DNA from: Alphaproteobacteria bacterium
Lineage (GTDB): Bacteria; Pseudomonadota; Alphaproteobacteria; Rs-D84
DNA length: 64,000 bases
Assembly: GCA_017534945.1 (NCBI GenBank)
Contig: JAFXVB010000026.1
Span: forward strand, 1,034 to 65,033
Direction: 5' to 3'
Shown: piece after piece, positions 56,148-64,000 of the stretch
Layout of the letters: every line of letters starts with the position of its first letter
Position numbering within the stretch: the first letter of the stretch is position 1
Position numbers and translations under genes: made by a program
The notes under the pieces: model-generated
The model's input: only the letters and a program-made list of their open reading frames with translations
The model's database searches: none
What the model was told of the DNA's origin: nothing

Positions 56148-56175
56148 TTTGCACTTTGAACTTTGTACTTTGAAC
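56148..56175. repeat. tandem heptamer array TTTGCAC TTTGAAC TTTGTAC TTTGAAC (copy 3 of 3)
   Basis: Read directly from the sequence. It lies between the yebC terminator and the ruvC start. Confidence 0.9.
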
Positions 56176-56179
56176 TCTG

Positions 56180-56207
56180 AAAAAAATGCCCCTTCGGGCA
56201 TTTTTTT
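56180..56207. terminator. bidirectional rho-independent terminator after yebC
   Basis: AAAAAAATGCCC-cttc-GGGCATTTTTTT. It overlaps the yebC stop codon. Confidence 0.75.
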
Positions 56208-56922
56208 ATAAAGCCGCAGTAAATACCTTCTGCACATCATCATTTGCATCCAGCGCATCAACCAACTTTTCGATTTTTGCATATGCTTCGTCATCTAAAT
56301 CCATTGGCATATTTGGCAACCATGTTAATTCCGCACTTTCTGGTTCACCCAACTTATCCGCCAAAGCCTTTTGCACATTCATAAAATTATCAGGCTTTGT
56401 TGTGATAATGAAACCTTCGGGTGATGTTTCCAGGTTATCTGCATCAACCTCCATCACCAATTCCATCATTTCGTCTTCGGTTTTACCAATTGATGCCGGA
56501 TACATAATTTGTCCCGCATGTGTAAACATAAACACAACCGATCCTTCTTCGCCCATATTTCCACCATTTTTGGCAAATATATTGCGAACCTCGGGCACTG
56601 TTCTGCGTGGGTTATCGGTAAGCGCCTCTACTATCACCGGAACCGCACCCGGGCCATAACCTTCGTAACGAACCGCCACAAAATTTTCGGTATTTGCGCC
56701 CGATGCCTTTTCAATTGCACGTTTAATATTATCGTTTGGCATAGAATTTTTGCGTGCCTGTAAAATCGCCAAACGCAAGCGTGGATTGTTATCCGGGTTT
56801 TTATCGCCCAATTTTGCCGCCATTGTTATTTCACGCGCCAACTTTGTAAAAAGTCCACTGCGCGCCGCATCAACCAACCCTTTTTTATGTTGGATATTAT
56901 GCCATTTACTGTGTCCACTCAT
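56206..56922 (-). CDS. yebC: YebC/PmpR family DNA-binding transcriptional regulator
   Basis: 238 aa. MSGHSKWHNIQHKKG is the invariant family N-terminus. Confidence 0.9.
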   Translation of the reverse strand: MSGHSKWHNIQHKKGLVDAARSGLFTKLAREITMAAKLGDKNPDNNPRLRLAILQARKNSMPNDNIKRAIEKASGANTENFVAVRYEGYGPGAVPVIVEALTDNPRRTVPEVRNIFAKNGGNMGEEGSVVFMFTHAGQIMYPASIGKTEDEMMELVMEVDADNLETSPEGFIITTKPDNFMNVQKALADKLGEPESAELTWLPNMPMDLDDEAYAKIEKLVDALDANDDVQKVFTAAL

Positions 56923-56971
56923 ATTTGACCTTTTGATTTAATTGGTTTAAAATACGACAAAAGGATAACAA

Positions 56972-57547
56972 ATGATTGGAAAATTGCAAGGAATTGTTGA
57001 TTACATTGGCGACGGTTTTGTAATCATTATGGCGGGCAATGTCGGGTATAAAGTTTATACCCCTGAATACCTTAAACCAAAATCCACCGTATCGCTTTGG
57101 ATTGAAACGGTTGTCCGCGAAGATTCAATTCGACTGTTTGGTTTTGAAAGTTTGCCCGGTCAAAATTTATTCAATCAATTAACAACCGTATCTGGTGTTG
57201 GGCCAAAGGTTGCGTTAAGCATTATGTCATCTATTAAAACAGATACATTGATGCAGGCAATCGCAACTGGGGACGCAAAAACTATTTCGACCGCCCCGGG
57301 GGTTGGTAAAAAGGTTGCCGAAAAAATCATTGTTGAATTAAAGAATAAAATGGGTGGCGCATCATTTGATTTGGGCGGTGGCGATAATAATTCTGCCTTG
57401 GCCGATTTATTGTCTGCATTGGAAACATTGGGATATCGCCGTATGGATACTATTGACATGGCACAAAAGTTGGTGGCGGCAAACCCAGATGCCGATGTTG
57501 CAAAATTGGTTCCAATGGCATTAAAAATTATAAGCAATGGTAAATAA
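56972..57547 (+). CDS. ruvA: Holliday junction branch migration complex subunit RuvA
   Basis: 191 aa. MIGKLQGIV..., the HhH motifs (LTTVSGVGPKVALSI, LSTAPGVGKKVAEKI) and a C-terminal domain III. Confidence 0.9.
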   Translation: MIGKLQGIVDYIGDGFVIIMAGNVGYKVYTPEYLKPKSTVSLWIETVVREDSIRLFGFESLPGQNLFNQLTTVSGVGPKVALSIMSSIKTDTLMQAIATGDAKTISTAPGVGKKVAEKIIVELKNKMGGASFDLGGGDNNSALADLLSALETLGYRRMDTIDMAQKLVAANPDADVAKLVPMALKIISNGK

Positions 57548-57549
57548 AA

Positions 57550-58848
57550 ATGAATAATAACGATACAATTTTTGCACTCAGTTCTGGTTTTGGAAAATCC
57601 GGTGTTGCGGTAATTCGTATATCGGGCGATAATTTGCAAAACTTTTTTCAACAAATATCGGGGCATAAAAACACCGAACCACGTCACGCATACTTTTGTA
57701 ATTTACGCGATGATGCTGGCGATTTAATCGACCAATGTATTGTTATTTATTTTGCCGCACCTGCATCTTTTACTGGTGAAGATATAATCGAAATTCACAC
57801 ACATGGGGCGCCTGCTGTAATCAATAAAATCTTTGAATTTTTATCCACACAAAATATGCGTATGGCCGAACCCGGCGAATTTTCACGTCGCGCATTTTTG
57901 AACGGCAAAATGGATTTAAGCGATATTGATGGATTGGCGGCGTTACTGGATGCACAAACCGATAAACAAAGACAATTTGCATTAAAATCTATGCTTGGCG
58001 GCGACAGTGAAAAATATAACGATTGGCGAAACCAAATGATAGAAATCGCAGCATACAGTGCCGCCATTTTGGACTATGATGCGGACAATTTACCACAAAA
58101 TATCAGCGAAAAAATTTTAAGTAAGGCCAAGGAATTATTCCAAGAGATTAACAATTCACTTTCGCATTACAACATATCACGCGCAATCACACATGGATTT
58201 AATATTGTGCTTTGTGGCGAAACAAATGTTGGCAAATCATCACTGTTTAATCGATTGGTTGGTTCTAATCGCGCAATCGTGTCGAACACGCCTGGAACAA
58301 CACGCGATGTTATATCCACACAAATAGATATTGATGGATATTTGGTTAACCTGTGCGATACGGCGGGACTGCGTGAAACAAATGACGAAATAGAACAAAT
58401 TGGAATCGACCGTACACGCACAGAAACCGAAAACGCAGATTTGGTTTTACATATTTATGCCGATGATACAAACACACAAACAAAGACAAATGAAATCACT
58501 GTAATAAATAAAAGCGATTTAATTAAAACCCGCAACAATAAAAATGCAATTTATACATGCGCTGAATCAGGCGACGGAATTGATACCCTGCTCTCTGCTA
58601 TTCGTAAAAAAATGCATAATATTTTAGACAATGCAGAAAACACTTTGGTTATAAACGCCCGCACGTATAAATTGCTGACCGATGCCAAATATGAATTAGA
58701 ACACGCCACCCAAAAATTTGATGGCAATTATGATATATTTGCCGAACATATTCGCGCCGCCGCAGACAGCATTGGAAAGATATTGGGCACAATCACAGCC
58801 GCCGATGTAATGGACGCAACATTTTCGCAGTTATGTCTGGGAAAATAA
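57550..58848 (+). CDS. mnmE: tRNA modification GTPase MnmE (TrmE)
   Basis: 432 aa. TIFALSSG..GVAVIRISG, G-domain GETNVGKSSL and DTAGLR, and the C-terminal CLGK motif. Confidence 0.9.
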   Translation: MNNNDTIFALSSGFGKSGVAVIRISGDNLQNFFQQISGHKNTEPRHAYFCNLRDDAGDLIDQCIVIYFAAPASFTGEDIIEIHTHGAPAVINKIFEFLSTQNMRMAEPGEFSRRAFLNGKMDLSDIDGLAALLDAQTDKQRQFALKSMLGGDSEKYNDWRNQMIEIAAYSAAILDYDADNLPQNISEKILSKAKELFQEINNSLSHYNISRAITHGFNIVLCGETNVGKSSLFNRLVGSNRAIVSNTPGTTRDVISTQIDIDGYLVNLCDTAGLRETNDEIEQIGIDRTRTETENADLVLHIYADDTNTQTKTNEITVINKSDLIKTRNNKNAIYTCAESGDGIDTLLSAIRKKMHNILDNAENTLVINARTYKLLTDAKYELEHATQKFDGNYDIFAEHIRAAADSIGKILGTITAADVMDATFSQLCLGK

Positions 58849-58872
58849 AAAACGCCCAAATGGGCGTTTTTA
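58849..58872. terminator. bidirectional rho-independent terminator between mnmE and the acyl-CoA synthetase array
   Basis: AAAAACGCCC-aaat-GGGCGTTTTT. Confidence 0.7.
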
Positions 58873-60453
58873 TTATTCTTTCCTATCTGGATATTTACCA
58901 TCTAATAAATTTTTACGAACTTCGTGATGTTTAATTTTTTGCGTCGATGTCATTGGCAAATCGTCACGCGTCATCGCAAAATGTGTCACCCATTTATACG
59001 ATGCAACCTTTTTATTTGCCGCCACCACAGCCGCAGATAATTTTTCCATTGTCATATCTGGTTCCACAGAAAACACACCATAGGCAACGGTTTTACCATT
59101 AACCTCATGTTCAAAAACCGCGACATTTTTGACGCCTGGGATATCCAAATACAGCGCTTCTAATTCATCTGGATAAACATTTTTGCCACTATCCAAAACG
59201 ATGACTTGTTTTTTACGACCGGCAAAATGCAATTCTCCATTTTTATCTTTATATACCAAATCGCCAGTTTTGAAAAATCCACGTTCATCAAAACATTCTT
59301 TATTCGCTTCATCATTGTTCATATACCCACCAAACACCTGATGACCACGCACCCAAAGCATTCCTATACCAGCCTCGTCCATATCACGAATTTCACATTC
59401 GTTATTCCCAAGTGGTTTTCCAAATGCAAATGGTATACGCTTTTTCAAAGGACGCGAACCACAAAACGGCCCAACCGTTTCAGTCATACCATAACCTTGG
59501 ATAAATGCAATTCCCAGGTTGTTATAAAAAGTTTCAACCTCTGGCTTTGTCGCCGCACCACCAGCAATCATCAATTCCACACGACCGCCAAACACAGCTT
59601 TGATTTGATTTTGTACTTTACGTACTAAAAATCCTAAACCAACTTTTTTCAGCCAAATTTGATTTTTTAATACAAAAGATACTAACCACCATTTCTTTTG
59701 TGATTTAATTTCTTCTATAATTTTCTTGCGGAATAATTCCCACATTTTTGGCACAGACGGTATTACATGCGGCTTAAATTCTTTAAAGTCTTGTAATATC
59801 AATTTGGGATTAATTGCCGGTTGCAACAAAATTCCCATTTGAAAATGCAACGGTGCTAAAAATCCGGCCGCAAAACCAAATATATGATACAACGGCAAAA
59901 ATCCATATAACACCCCACCAGGTTTAAACCAATCATTAAAATCATCAAAAGAATTTGCACACTCTATCAAATTAAAATGAGTCAATGGCACAATCTTTGG
60001 TGTACCTGTTGAACCCGATGTAAAAGATAATGTTGCAATATCATTTGCATCCAACGGATATGGCATCAAATCAGGGTCAACCGCATCGTCTTTGGTTTGA
60101 ATATCAAAAAATTCAAATTCTGCCGGTTCATAAAAGAAAGATTTTTCTGCAACGACAAATTTACAACAAGTAAGGCGTGTCATATTATCATATTCTATTG
60201 TTGTTAAATTTGTATCCAACAAAAGAACCGTCCCACCCAAATACCAAATCGCAAACAGAGATATAATAAATTCTGGAATATTATGCGACAACACACCGAC
60301 GACTTGGCCCGGTACAACACCAGATTTTTTAAGTGTTGCGGCACGCGCCTTTACCAATTTAGGAAAGTCTTGAAATGCCACTTTTTCCCGCACAAGGAAA
60401 AGTGTCGATGGACACTTTTCCATTGTTTGTTCAAAGAACTGATACATATTCAT
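58873..60453 (-). CDS. AMP-dependent synthetase/ligase (long-chain acyl-CoA synthetase-like), paralogue 3 of 3
   Basis: 526 aa with adenylation motifs LSFTSGSTGTPK, GYGMTE, TGDL, GRKKQVIVLDSGKNVYPDELE and TSTQKIKH. Confidence 0.85.
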   Translation of the reverse strand: MNMYQFFEQTMEKCPSTLFLVREKVAFQDFPKLVKARAATLKKSGVVPGQVVGVLSHNIPEFIISLFAIWYLGGTVLLLDTNLTTIEYDNMTRLTCCKFVVAEKSFFYEPAEFEFFDIQTKDDAVDPDLMPYPLDANDIATLSFTSGSTGTPKIVPLTHFNLIECANSFDDFNDWFKPGGVLYGFLPLYHIFGFAAGFLAPLHFQMGILLQPAINPKLILQDFKEFKPHVIPSVPKMWELFRKKIIEEIKSQKKWWLVSFVLKNQIWLKKVGLGFLVRKVQNQIKAVFGGRVELMIAGGAATKPEVETFYNNLGIAFIQGYGMTETVGPFCGSRPLKKRIPFAFGKPLGNNECEIRDMDEAGIGMLWVRGHQVFGGYMNNDEANKECFDERGFFKTGDLVYKDKNGELHFAGRKKQVIVLDSGKNVYPDELEALYLDIPGVKNVAVFEHEVNGKTVAYGVFSVEPDMTMEKLSAAVVAANKKVASYKWVTHFAMTRDDLPMTSTQKIKHHEVRKNLLDGKYPDRKE

Positions 60454-60455
60454 AA

Positions 60456-62036
60456 TTAAATATCCTTTTCGGTATATTTACCATCAATCAAATATTGACG
60501 CACAACATGATGTTTAACTTTTTGCGTCGATGTCACAGGCAAATCATCAGTCGTCATTGCAAAATGTGTGACCCATTTATATGATGCAACTTTTTTATTC
60601 TTTTCAGCAATCGCCGCACCAAGTTTTTCCAATGTCATATCACTGTCCACAGAAAACACACCATATGCGACAGTTTTACCTTTAACCTCGTGTTCAAAGA
60701 CCGCAACGTTTTTAACACCTGGAATTTCGATAAACAGACCTTCCAATTCATCTGGATAAACATTTTTACCAGAATCCAAAACGATGACTTGTTTTTTACG
60801 ACCGGCAAAATGATATTCACCGTTTTTATCAATGGATACCAAATCACCTGTGCAGAAAAATCCATTTTTATCAAAACATTCTTTGTTTGCCGCATCATTG
60901 TTCATATATCCACCGAAAACTTGATCACCTTTGACCCACAACATACCGATACCATTTTCATCAGCATTACGAATTTCACAGCATGTCGTTCCCAAAGGCG
61001 CACCAAACGCAAATGGGACACGTTTTTTAACCGGTTTAGAACAGCAAATTGGGCCAACCGCTTCGGTCATACCATAACCTTGGACAAAATCCATACCCAA
61101 TTGAGTATAGAATTTTTCAACCTCTGGCTTCGTTGCCGCACCACCCGCAACCAAGCAACGCGCACGTCCACCGAACACAGCCTTTATTTGACCTAAAACT
61201 TTATCAACCAATTTGCCAAGTCCCAACATACGCAAACCTTTTTGGTGTTTCATAATAAATGACACCAACCACCATTTCTTTTTTGCCCGTACCCCATCAA
61301 TAATTTTCTTGCGGAAAATTTCAAATAATTTTGGAACCGCCGGAATAACTTGGGGTCTGTATTTAGCAAAATCTTGCAAAATAGCATTTGGATTGATTGT
61401 CGATTGCAAAAGCATTCCCATACCAAAGTGCAATGGTGCCAAAAATCCCACAGCAAAACCAAACACATGATACAACGGCAAAAATGCATACAACATTTCA
61501 CCCGGCTTTAAAAACATATTCAACGTTTCCAAATTATTCGAACAAGAAACCAAATTTTTATGTGTCAATGGCACAATCTTTGGTGTCCCAGTTGAACCCG
61601 ATGTAAATGACAATGTTGCAATATCACTGTCTTTTGCTTTATATGGTTTCAAAGATTCATCTGTTTCTTTGTCTTCTGTTTCGACATCAATGAATTTGAA
61701 ATTCTTGGTTTTATAAAAGAAAGATTTTTCAGCAACAACAAACTTACAATCTGTAAGTTTTGTCATATTATCATATTCTTCGGGTGTTAAATTTGTATCC
61801 AACAACAAAACGCGACCACCCAAATACCAAATTGCAAACAAAGTGTACACAAATTGTGGCAAATTATGTGACAACAAACCAACAACATCACCGGCCTTAA
61901 TCCCTGCCTTTGCCAAAGTTGTTGCACGCGCTTTGATATACGGTGGCAAATCTTCAAAAGTAATTCCTTCACGAACTAAAAATAAAGTTTTTGGGTTTCT
62001 TTTTATATTCAGTTCTAACAAATCATACATAGTCAT
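60456..62036 (-). CDS. AMP-dependent synthetase/ligase, paralogue 2 of 3
   Basis: 526 aa with the same motif set. It aligns without gaps to its neighbours. Confidence 0.85.
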   Translation of the reverse strand: MTMYDLLELNIKRNPKTLFLVREGITFEDLPPYIKARATTLAKAGIKAGDVVGLLSHNLPQFVYTLFAIWYLGGRVLLLDTNLTPEEYDNMTKLTDCKFVVAEKSFFYKTKNFKFIDVETEDKETDESLKPYKAKDSDIATLSFTSGSTGTPKIVPLTHKNLVSCSNNLETLNMFLKPGEMLYAFLPLYHVFGFAVGFLAPLHFGMGMLLQSTINPNAILQDFAKYRPQVIPAVPKLFEIFRKKIIDGVRAKKKWWLVSFIMKHQKGLRMLGLGKLVDKVLGQIKAVFGGRARCLVAGGAATKPEVEKFYTQLGMDFVQGYGMTEAVGPICCSKPVKKRVPFAFGAPLGTTCCEIRNADENGIGMLWVKGDQVFGGYMNNDAANKECFDKNGFFCTGDLVSIDKNGEYHFAGRKKQVIVLDSGKNVYPDELEGLFIEIPGVKNVAVFEHEVKGKTVAYGVFSVDSDMTLEKLGAAIAEKNKKVASYKWVTHFAMTTDDLPVTSTQKVKHHVVRQYLIDGKYTEKDI

Positions 62037-62060
62037 TTTTTTGTCCTTTATATAATTATA

Positions 62061-63641
62061 TTATTCATGTCTTATTGGATATTTACCATCAATCAAATTT
62101 TGACGAACAACATGATGTTTAATCTTTTGCGTACTTGTCATTGGCAAATCATCGGTTGTCATCGCAAAGTGTGTGACCCATTTATATGATGCAACTTTTT
62201 TATTTGCCTCTGCCACAGCCGCCGTCAAATTTTCCATCGTCATGTCTTTATCCACACTGAACACACCATATGCCACAGTTTTATCTTTGACCTTGTGTTC
62301 AAAGACCGCAACATTACGCACACCTGGAATATCCAAGAACATTGCCTCTAATTCATCTGGATAAACATTTTTGCCACTATCCAAAACAATCACTTGTTTT
62401 TTACGACCGGCAAAATGCAATTCGCCGTTTTTATCCATGGACACCAAATCCCCTGTGTTAAAGAATCCGCGGTCATCAAAAACCTCTTTATTCACAGCAT
62501 CATTGTTCATATATCCACCAAACACCTGATGTCCACGCAACCACAATACACCAATGCCATTTTCATCCTTGTCCCGGATTTCGCATTCATTATTTGTTGT
62601 TGGTGCACCCACAGAAAACGCCATACGTTTTTTATTTGGTTTCGATATACAAATTGGTCCCACTGTTTCGGTTAAACCATACCCTTGGATAAATGCCAAC
62701 CCCAGGTTTTCATAAAATGTTTCAACCTCTGGCGTGGTCGCGGCACCACCCGCAATCAAAAGCCGCACACGTCCACCGAAAATATCCAGAATTGGTTCTT
62801 GGACCTTGCGCACAAAAAATCCTAAACCCATATCAGTAATTGGTTCTTGGTTGCGCAAAATAAATTCAACGATGCGCCACTTTTTCTGTGTTTTAAGTGT
62901 GTCCATAATTTTATTTCTAAACATTTCCCACAAACGCGGCACCGCCGGAATAACATGCGGACGAAACTTTTTAAAATCATCCAAAATGTATTTCGGGTTG
63001 ACGGTTGGTTGCAAAACAATTCCACCACCAAAATGCACCGTTGCCAAAATTCCAATGGAAAAACCAAATATGTGATACAGGGGCAAAAATCCATACATAA
63101 CATCCCCAGAATTAAAATATTCAGCCATATCTTCCAAAGAATTTGCGCATTCTACCAAATTATAGTGCGTAAGTGGCACAACCTTTGGATTGCCAGTTGA
63201 CCCAGATGTAAAAGACAAAGTCGCAATATCATTATCGTTGAAATTGTACGGGTGCAACATTGGATTTGGATTACCATCTTTGGCGATAATATCAATAAAT
63301 TTAAACCGGTCTGTTTTGTAAAAAAACGATGATTCTGCACACACAAATTTGCAATCTGCAATTGTGGTCATATTATCATATTCAAACGGGGTTAAATTCG
63401 TATCCAACATCAATGCACGCGCACCGATATACCATATCGCAAACAGTGTCAGTGGAAATTGTGGAATATTATGTGATAACACCCCAACCGTATCACCGGC
63501 ATGGATTCCTTGTTCCATCAATGTCACCGCACGCGCGCGAACCATTTCCATAAAAGCGGAATACGTAATACCTTCGCGTACCAGAAACAGGTTTTCAGGC
63601 CATTGCTGAACCGCCATTTCTAACATAACATTCATATTCAT
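62061..63641 (-). CDS. AMP-dependent synthetase/ligase, paralogue 1 of 3
   Basis: 526 aa with the same motif set (LSFTSGSTGNPK, GYGLTE, TGDL, GRKKQVIVLDSGKNVYPDELE). Confidence 0.85.
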   Translation of the reverse strand: MNMNVMLEMAVQQWPENLFLVREGITYSAFMEMVRARAVTLMEQGIHAGDTVGVLSHNIPQFPLTLFAIWYIGARALMLDTNLTPFEYDNMTTIADCKFVCAESSFFYKTDRFKFIDIIAKDGNPNPMLHPYNFNDNDIATLSFTSGSTGNPKVVPLTHYNLVECANSLEDMAEYFNSGDVMYGFLPLYHIFGFSIGILATVHFGGGIVLQPTVNPKYILDDFKKFRPHVIPAVPRLWEMFRNKIMDTLKTQKKWRIVEFILRNQEPITDMGLGFFVRKVQEPILDIFGGRVRLLIAGGAATTPEVETFYENLGLAFIQGYGLTETVGPICISKPNKKRMAFSVGAPTTNNECEIRDKDENGIGVLWLRGHQVFGGYMNNDAVNKEVFDDRGFFNTGDLVSMDKNGELHFAGRKKQVIVLDSGKNVYPDELEAMFLDIPGVRNVAVFEHKVKDKTVAYGVFSVDKDMTMENLTAAVAEANKKVASYKWVTHFAMTTDDLPMTSTQKIKHHVVRQNLIDGKYPIRHE

Positions 63642-63710
63642 AGTAAATTTCCTTGTTGTTTTTATATTGGACAGGGATTATTATAGACCTAAAAGATAAG
63701 GAAATCAAAC

Positions 63711-64000
63711 ATGAAAATACTGACCATAAATATAAACTCTATACGCGCACATGTGACAAGTTTTATTGATATTTTACGCAATGGTGAATATGACACTATT
63801 CTGGTTCAAGAATTAAAGGTCGAAAACGCAAACTTTCCATTTATGTTATTTGATGAATTTGGATATAACATAAAGGTTTTTGGACAAAAATCTTGGAACG
63901 GTGTTGCTGTATTTTCTAAATATTCTATCGAAGATGTGATTATGGGCTTGCCCAATTTTGCCGATGTAAATTCGCGCATGATTGAATGTGTAATTGACGG
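63711..64000 (+). CDS. xth: exodeoxyribonuclease III (N-terminal part; runs off the window)
   Basis: My translation gives MKILTININSIRAHVTSFIDILRNGEYDTILVQELKVENANFPF...QKSWNGVAVFSKYSIEDV. This matches the EEP-family Xth N-terminus (N, E catalytic positions). Confidence 0.75.
   Translation, partial: MKILTININSIRAHVTSFIDILRNGEYDTILVQELKVENANFPFMLFDEFGYNIKVFGQKSWNGVAVFSKYSIEDVIMGLPNFADVNSRMIECVID

Noticed and set aside
56186-57687. 157-aa plus ORF (56186-56659) and 170-aa minus ORF (57175-57687)
   Set aside because: They are antisense to yebC and to ruvA/mnmE respectively. The sense-strand genes are strongly supported.
1-64000. CRISPR arrays, rRNA, tRNA, IS elements, integrases and prophage genes
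   Set aside because: I scanned all intergenic regions and found no spaced direct-repeat array, no conserved rRNA or tRNA features, and no transposase or integrase motifs apart from chromosomal xerD.

Overview
AT-rich, almost fully coding bacterial chromosome segment with about 60 protein genes. I found no rRNA, tRNA, CRISPR array, transposase or integrase. Most genes are conserved housekeeping: recJ, ftsL-like/ftsI, sufS-sufT-sufE, trxA, dksA, tatA, thrS, gltX, trmB, rarA, ftsK, yajC-secD-secF, mutL, greA, lptF/G, xerD, trxB-serS, typA, recA, secB, mltA, yebC-ruvC, ruvA-mnmE and xth. A Ros/MucR regulator, an RHH_4 protein, a SPOR protein, SecB, DksA and MltA-DUF721 together suggest a small-genome alphaproteobacterium-like organism; this is inference, no search was run. 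recJ (1-1662, minus) and xth (63711-64000, plus) run off the window edges, so they are missing from the ORF track.

Observations worth a second look, none of them a proven new system:
- A Thr-codon-rich small ORF sits between a near-consensus promoter and thrS, and may be a leader peptide.
- A heptamer array (TTTGMAC x4) occurs three times. Two copies sit next to intrinsic terminators and one encodes the RuvC C-terminus.
- A structured repeat of about 85-100 bp with terminal inverted repeats occurs in three copies, with compensatory stem changes between copies.
- A duplicate of the last 12 serS codons lies 110 bp downstream and differs only at synonymous positions. An orphan two-gene cassette follows it.
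- A tightly packed four-gene operon (14453-16492) encodes a membrane protein, a weakly HNH-like protein, a SUKH-like protein and an RHH_4 protein.
- YbeY and Lnt are fused in one reading frame.
- An S41 peptidase homologue has both catalytic residues replaced.
- Both DksA and Ros/MucR lack their zinc ligands.
- A membrane-anchored protein combines a GH24 lysozyme-like region with TPR repeats.
- A 742-aa cysteine-rich secreted protein has no recognisable domain.
- A six-gene glycosyltransferase island lies between typA and recA.
- Three tandem acyl-CoA synthetase paralogues are each 526 aa.

All domain calls rest on motifs read by eye. No database search, alignment program or fold prediction was run.
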